Source: an uncultured archaeon (GTDB taxonomy: Archaea > Thermoproteota > EX4484-205 > JAAOZP01). Taken from it: a DNA stretch of 61,726 nucleotides. Positions within the stretch are counted from its first letter, which is position 1. Every line of letters starts with the position of its first letter. The notes beneath the pieces are model-generated. The model was given only the letters and a program-made list of their open reading frames with translations, was not told where the DNA came from and did no database searches. Shown here one piece after another: positions 56,748 through 61,726 of this stretch. Both the position numbers and the translations under genes were made by a program. The stretch is taken from the NCBI GenBank assembly GCA_938045545.1, contig CALIBN010000018.1, positions 1 to 61,726 of the forward strand, given 5' to 3'.

Positions 56748-58403
56748 TTAGTCTAGCTCCCCGGCTCCGCCTTCTTCAGAAGGTGGCTTCGGGGCCTTCT
56801 CCTTCTCCTTAAGCTTGCCCGCGGCAATCACGTCGTCAATCCTCAGGATCATGCTTGCAGCCTCGCTCGCAGACTTCACTATCTGCTCCTTCACGAGCAA
56901 CGGCTCGATAACGTTGTTAGCCCAGCTGTCGGAGGTCTTCTTCGAAACGATGTCTATGCCGTACCACTTGTTCCCAGCCTCATGCTGCTTCCTGAGCTCA
57001 GCTATAATGTCTATCGGGTCCATTCCAGCGTTTTCAGCGAGAGCTGAAGGTATTGACTCTAAGGCTTCTGCAAACCTGAGTACTGCAAGCTGCTCCTTGC
57101 CGGCTATGGTCTCAGCCTTCTTCCTTATTCTCATCGCGACCTCTATCTCAGGGGCACCGGCGCCGGCTACGATATACGGGTACGTGACCACGTCTTTCAC
57201 AACGCAGAGAGCATCGTGTAGAGCCCTGTCGGCCTCGTCGACCATTTTCTCAGTTCCTCCTCTTATCAGGATAGTCACGGACCTCGGGTCCTTGCACTGC
57301 TCGATGAAGACCCACTTGTCCTCGCCGACCTTCCTCTCCTCCACAAGCCCGGCGTAACCCAAGTCGTCCTTAGTAAGCTCGTTCACGCTCGTAACAATCC
57401 TGGCGCCAGTTGCCTTAGAAGCTTTTTCAATGTCAGACTCCTTAACCCTTCTAACGGCGATCACCCCAGCCTTAGCCAAGTAGTGTTGAGCAATGTCATC
57501 AATACCCTTCTGGCAGAGGACCACGTTGGCACCTGCTTCAACAATCTTGTCAACCATCTCCTTCAGGATCTTCTGCTCCTCCTCTAGGAACGCTTTAATC
57601 TGCTCAGGCCTCTCGATGCTTATCTTAGCGTCGAACTCTGTCTTCTCGATCTCAAGCGGGCTGTTGAGAATAGCTATCTTAGCGTTAACGATCTTCCTCG
57701 GCATCCCGGAGTGGACGATCTCCTTGTCGAGCACTATACCATTTATAAGCTTGGTCTCCATAACTGAGCCGCCGGCCTTCTTCTCAACCTTAACGTCGTC
57801 AAGCCTAACGTTGTACTTCCCGTTCTCCTCCCTCGCCACCTTCAGAATGGCGTCGACAGCGATCTCCGCAAGCTGATCACTATACTCCCTGACAACCTTG
57901 CTCCTTAAGGCGGTCATAGCTATCAGCTTGAGAACTGCCCTGTCCGTCGGCTTAACTTCTTGAGCAATCTCCTTCAGGAATTGGAGCGCCATGCCGGTGG
58001 CCCTCTTGTAACCGTCGACTATGATCGTCGGATGCACATCCATGTCCAGGAGCTCCTCAGCCTTCTTCAAAAGCTCCCCGGCTAAGATTACCGCGGATGT
58101 TGTCCCGTCGCCAGCCTCAACGTCAGTGCTCTTAGCAACCTCAACCATCATTTTTGCAGCCGGGTGCTCAATCTCCATCTCCTTGAGAATTGTTGCGCCG
58201 TCGTTGGTTATCGTAATGTCACCCAGCGAGTCGACGAGCATCTTATCCATTCCCCTTGGGCCGAGGGATGAGCGGACTATTTCTGAAAGGGTTATTGCAG
58301 CGTTAAGATTGTTCCTCTGGGCTTCCCTGCCCCTCGTCCTAGTGCTTCCCTCTTTAAGGATCAGTACTGGTGTTCCACCTACTGTTGCAGGTATAGCAGC
58401 CAT
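56748..58403 (-). CDS. ths: Thermosome (group II chaperonin) subunit, canonical
   Basis: [31 protein letters not shown]. Confidence 0.95.
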   Translation of the reverse strand: MAAIPATVGGTPVLILKEGSTRTRGREAQRNNLNAAITLSEIVRSSLGPRGMDKMLVDSLGDITITNDGATILKEMEIEHPAAKMMVEVAKSTDVEAGDGTTSAVILAGELLKKAEELLDMDVHPTIIVDGYKRATGMALQFLKEIAQEVKPTDRAVLKLIAMTALRSKVVREYSDQLAEIAVDAILKVAREENGKYNVRLDDVKVEKKAGGSVMETKLINGIVLDKEIVHSGMPRKIVNAKIAILNSPLEIEKTEFDAKISIERPEQIKAFLEEEQKILKEMVDKIVEAGANVVLCQKGIDDIAQHYLAKAGVIAVRRVKESDIEKASKATGARIVTSVNELTKDDLGYAGLVEERKVGEDKWVFIEQCKDPRSVTILIRGGTEKMVDEADRALHDALCVVKDVVTYPYIVAGAGAPEIEVAMRIRKKAETIAGKEQLAVLRFAEALESIPSALAENAGMDPIDIIAELRKQHEAGNKWYGIDIVSKKTSDSWANNVIEPLLVKEQIVKSASEAASMILRIDDVIAAGKLKEKEKAPKPPSEEGGAGELD

Positions 58404-58511
58404 TTCAATCTCACCTCAGAAACCCGATTAAGAAAGAGGGGTATAAAAACTTTATTTCAGGCTTTGAAAAGGTAAAAACTTAAGTCTAACCTTCTTCCTA
58501 CGTAAATAGGA

Positions 58512-58838
58512 ATGAGCCCCGCGTTAATCTGCCCCTGCGGCAGGAGAATTGAGGACGCTTCCGAGTTTAAACTCCTATATCTTAAGAAGGAGCTTAACGA
58601 GATAGATATTCTCTGCCCGAATGACAACTGCTACCTGAGGGAAGTGGGATACATAAAGTTTGAAATAGTAGACGGAAAGCCCAGGTTCAAGGAGGCAAGC
58701 TTCTACCCTCCGTTCGTAACCTGGAACGCAAGCCAAATGGGAAGGGATGCGGCGATAGTGGAGTTGAAAAACACTTTGAAGAAGCTTGTTGAAAGAATAG
58801 ACTGGGCAATGATAAAACCGGTTGAAGCAAAAACCTGA
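58512..58838 (+). CDS. Hypothetical Zn-binding protein
   Basis: CPCG...CPNDNC, own TATA-like element upstream, clean ORF. Confidence 0.65.
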   Translation: MSPALICPCGRRIEDASEFKLLYLKKELNEIDILCPNDNCYLREVGYIKFEIVDGKPRFKEASFYPPFVTWNASQMGRDAAIVELKNTLKKLVERIDWAMIKPVEAKT

Positions 58839-58844
58839 GAAAAC

Positions 58845-61031
58845 CTATTCTATCAGGTCGTCCACCTTAGGAACCTCAGCCGGAAGACCCTTCCTCTTCC
58901 TTATTTCAGCGATAACGTTACCCATAAGCTGGCTTGGAACAGGCTCCCACTTGGCGAAGCTAGTATCCCAGAAAACCCTGCCTCCGGTAGCGCTCCTCAA
59001 AACCTCTGAGAGGTCAAAGCTTTCAGCAGCCGGGATCTCGCCGACAATATAGGTCATCAAGCCCTTCTGCTCAATGTTAATAACCTTGCCCCTAGCACGG
59101 CTAATAACCCTCGTCACATTCCCAACGTGATCCATACTCGTCCTAGCGTCCAGCCTTAGAATCGGCTCTAGAATAACAGGGTCGGCGAGGAGAATAGAGG
59201 CGTGCGTAGCCCTTCTTACAGCAGGGATTATCTGCGCAGGGCCATGGTGAGCAGGATCCTCGTGAATAGTCGCGTCGAGAAGCTTGACCTTCACACCCCT
59301 AACCGGCTCCCTGGCGAGAATACCCTCGTTCATAGCCTCGATGAAACCCATCCTAATGCTTCCAGCAACCTGTTCAAGCCTCTGAACACCCTTAGTGGCG
59401 TCAACCAGGAGGCTGAAGCTCTCGCTAACCGCCTCAACACCCCGAGCCTCGTCAGCAGGCCAGCCGCACTCCCTCAGCATCCTGGCAACCTCCCTCCTGT
59501 CAGTAAACTCGCCAATCTTACCCGTGGCGACAAGCTCAATAACCCTGGGCTCAAGAGGCTCAACCTCAATCATAATCTTGTTATGCCCGTTCGGAGACCT
59601 CACCATAACCGGCCCACCCTTCCTGCGAATGCTCTCACGATAAATTACGATTGGGCGAGAAGTAACGATCTGAATACCAGCCTCCTGAATAAACGTGGTG
59701 GCGACCTCAAGATGAAGCTGACCCATGCCGGATAAAAGATACTCGCCAGTCTGCTCGTTAATAGTAACCTTGAGGTTCGGATCCTCAATGCTAAGCTTAT
59801 GCATCGCGCCGATAAGCTCAGGAAGCTGAGCAGGATTCCTAGGCTCCACAGCGATGGTCATAACAGGCTCAGAAACATACCTGATGCTCTCGAAAGGAAC
59901 AAGATCCTGAAAAGTAGTAATAGTCTCGCCAGCCCTCGCAGCCTCCAGGCCGAGCAGAGCAGGAATATTGCCCGCAGCCATCGCGCCCACAACCTCCCTG
60001 TGCGGACCCATGTAGAGGCAAACCTGCTGAACCCTACCCCTACTCCTAGAGTTAACCAGGTAAACCTCCTGACCCTCGTAAACAGTACCGGAGAAAAGCC
60101 TACCGGTGGCGACGACACCAGCCTGAGGATCAACACGAATATGCGAAGCAGCCATCACAACAGGCCCGTTAGGATCACACTTCAACATCGCCCTCCCAAC
60201 CTCACTGTCCAAGTCGCCCTTCCAAATCTTCGGAATCCTGTAGGCCTGCGCAACAACAGGCGGAGGATGAAACCTCACAACCATGCTCAGAACAGCATCA
60301 TGCAAAGGCAAAACCTTAGAAAGCTCGGCCTGCCTACCCTCCTGGTAAGCGGAAACAACATCGCTAAACTTCAAACCAGCCTTCCGCATCATAGGAATAG
60401 TGAAACCCCACCTGTCCTTAGCACTCCCGAAAGCAACCATACCCTTCAAAGCGTCAACACGCCACTCAGACCTAAACTCCTCAGGACCATAAAGATCAAT
60501 AAGCCTGTTAAAATCAGCAATAATACGAAGCAAAGTCTTCTCAACCTCCTGCGGAGAAAGCTTAAGCTCACGAATCAAACGATCAACCTTATTGATGAAA
60601 AGCACAGGACGAACATACTCCTCCAAAGCCTGTCGAGTAACAGTCTCAGTCTGAACCAACACACCCTCAACACTATCCACCACAATAACAGCACCATCAA
60701 TAGCACGCAAACTACGAGTAACATTCCCCGTGAAATCTATGTGACCAGGTGTATCTATAAGATTAACTATATACGACTTTCCATCTATTTCATGGTATAG
60801 TGAAACATTTGCAGCCTTGTATGTGAACTGTCTCTCCTGCTCAATCTTAAGGTAGTCTAACGCCAGTGCTTCGCCCGCAACCGTTGGCGACAATAGTCCT
60901 GAAGCTGCGAGCAGAGAATCCGACAATGTGGTCTTCCCGTGATCAACGTGGGCACATATTGAAATATTTCTAATATTCTCTAGACTCTTCGAGAGCCGTA
61001 GCACTTCCTCCGTCGTCTTGTATCTTGGCAA
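58845..61031 (-). CDS. fusA: Translation elongation factor 2 (aEF-2)
   Basis: AHVDHGKTT, DTPGH, NKVD, GMGQLHLE, SPNGHN, HEDPAHHG. Confidence 0.95.
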   Translation of the reverse strand: MPRYKTTEEVLRLSKSLENIRNISICAHVDHGKTTLSDSLLAASGLLSPTVAGEALALDYLKIEQERQFTYKAANVSLYHEIDGKSYIVNLIDTPGHIDFTGNVTRSLRAIDGAVIVVDSVEGVLVQTETVTRQALEEYVRPVLFINKVDRLIRELKLSPQEVEKTLLRIIADFNRLIDLYGPEEFRSEWRVDALKGMVAFGSAKDRWGFTIPMMRKAGLKFSDVVSAYQEGRQAELSKVLPLHDAVLSMVVRFHPPPVVAQAYRIPKIWKGDLDSEVGRAMLKCDPNGPVVMAASHIRVDPQAGVVATGRLFSGTVYEGQEVYLVNSRSRGRVQQVCLYMGPHREVVGAMAAGNIPALLGLEAARAGETITTFQDLVPFESIRYVSEPVMTIAVEPRNPAQLPELIGAMHKLSIEDPNLKVTINEQTGEYLLSGMGQLHLEVATTFIQEAGIQIVTSRPIVIYRESIRRKGGPVMVRSPNGHNKIMIEVEPLEPRVIELVATGKIGEFTDRREVARMLRECGWPADEARGVEAVSESFSLLVDATKGVQRLEQVAGSIRMGFIEAMNEGILAREPVRGVKVKLLDATIHEDPAHHGPAQIIPAVRRATHASILLADPVILEPILRLDARTSMDHVGNVTRVISRARGKVINIEQKGLMTYIVGEIPAAESFDLSEVLRSATGGRVFWDTSFAKWEPVPSQLMGNVIAEIRKRKGLPAEVPKVDDLIE

Positions 61032-61498
61032 TTCTGGTTACACCTTGCTTGCTGTCAAGCCTCTAGGAAAAAGGGTTATTAAGCCTTTTCCTCCGCATAT
61101 AGTTGTCTCCCGGAGTATTAGAGATTTAAGCACTTTTATCGGGGTTATTGAAGGCTTGCCGGATATATCTAGGGTGGGGGGCAAGTTTAGATGAGTGGAA
61201 CGAACGGGAGATGATGGGGACAGGGTGCTTAAACATCTCTACTCAGCATTATAGTGCGGCAGATGAGGCTGAGCATAGGATAAAGGTGTTGGAGTGCGGC
61301 TCAGATATATGAATATGAATCCGCTTCCATCCAGCAGGAAAGATTAAAAAATACGTTAAAATACCCCTTCTAACTCCTTACTTATCATACGTTGCCTGTA
61401 AAATCAAAATGTCCTTTCAAATTATTGTTACTAGCGTGCTCATCTGGATTAATAGCACAGTAATTTAAATCTTGACGATCCTATTATGGTTGATAGGC

Positions 61499-61669
61499 AT
61501 GAGTGATGTGAAGCAGCGTTTCCTCGAATCTATCACGTATCTTAGAAAGCTAGGCTTTTTCGAGGAACACTCGGACTTGACTTCCGAGGATATTCTTGAG
61601 AAGCTTAAAGAAAAAGAAGGGTGGTCGTGGGAAAGATTAGGGAAGGATTGGATGAGTAGGAGCGTTTAA
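61499..61669 (+). CDS. Hypothetical protein, possibly frameshifted or truncated
   Basis: ATG after a GGTTGA RBS-like site. Similar to the remnant at 31695. Confidence 0.4.
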   Translation: MSDVKQRFLESITYLRKLGFFEEHSDLTSEDILEKLKEKEGWSWERLGKDWMSRSV

Positions 61670-61726
61670 AGAGGTTAAAGAAGAAAAAACTAGGCTTGGA
61701 CTGCTTCATCCTTTCTACAACCTCGA

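Noticed and set aside
59799-60800. 333-aa plus-strand ORF
   Set aside because: Antisense to EF-2. Its Asn/His/Thr/Pro-rich composition follows from local codon skew.

Overview
Archaeal chromosomal window, inferred to be a TACK/Thermoproteota-type lineage from SmAP3, a Zn-finger NusA paralogue, L40e/S17e, thermosome subunits and tRNA introns at non-canonical positions. Most of it is housekeeping: a porGDAB-type 2-oxoacid:ferredoxin oxidoreductase, argS, tpiA, ABCE1, aspS, radA, leuACD, ilvBNCD, argH, two thermosome subunits, EF-2 and five tRNAs. Three features stand out. (1) The leu and ilv operons have matching leaders missed by the ORF track: the same promoter, the same AGGAGGTG ribosome-binding site, and a short uORF with the motif A-x-R-G-R-D-x-[L/V]-R at an identical distance. 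The variable residue is Leu before leuA and Val before ilvB, making this a candidate archaeal leader-peptide attenuation system. (2) A ~2.9 kb island bounded by 49-bp direct repeats lies just upstream of tRNA-Gly(UCC) and pairs a Cys-rich, TGT-fold protein with a free-standing LAGLIDADG protein. A decayed paralogue of the TGT-like gene lies upstream of tRNA-Val. (3) A Tad/type IV pilus-like locus is coupled to a membrane-anchored HerA/VirB4 ATPase and flanked by a divergent TFB, a candidate DNA uptake or exchange system. Smaller observations include a 35-aa ultra-acidic peptide, a thermosome paralogue lacking both catalytic Asp residues, and an EF-2 with HHG at the diphthamide motif. All calls come from reading the sequence by eye; no database searches were run.
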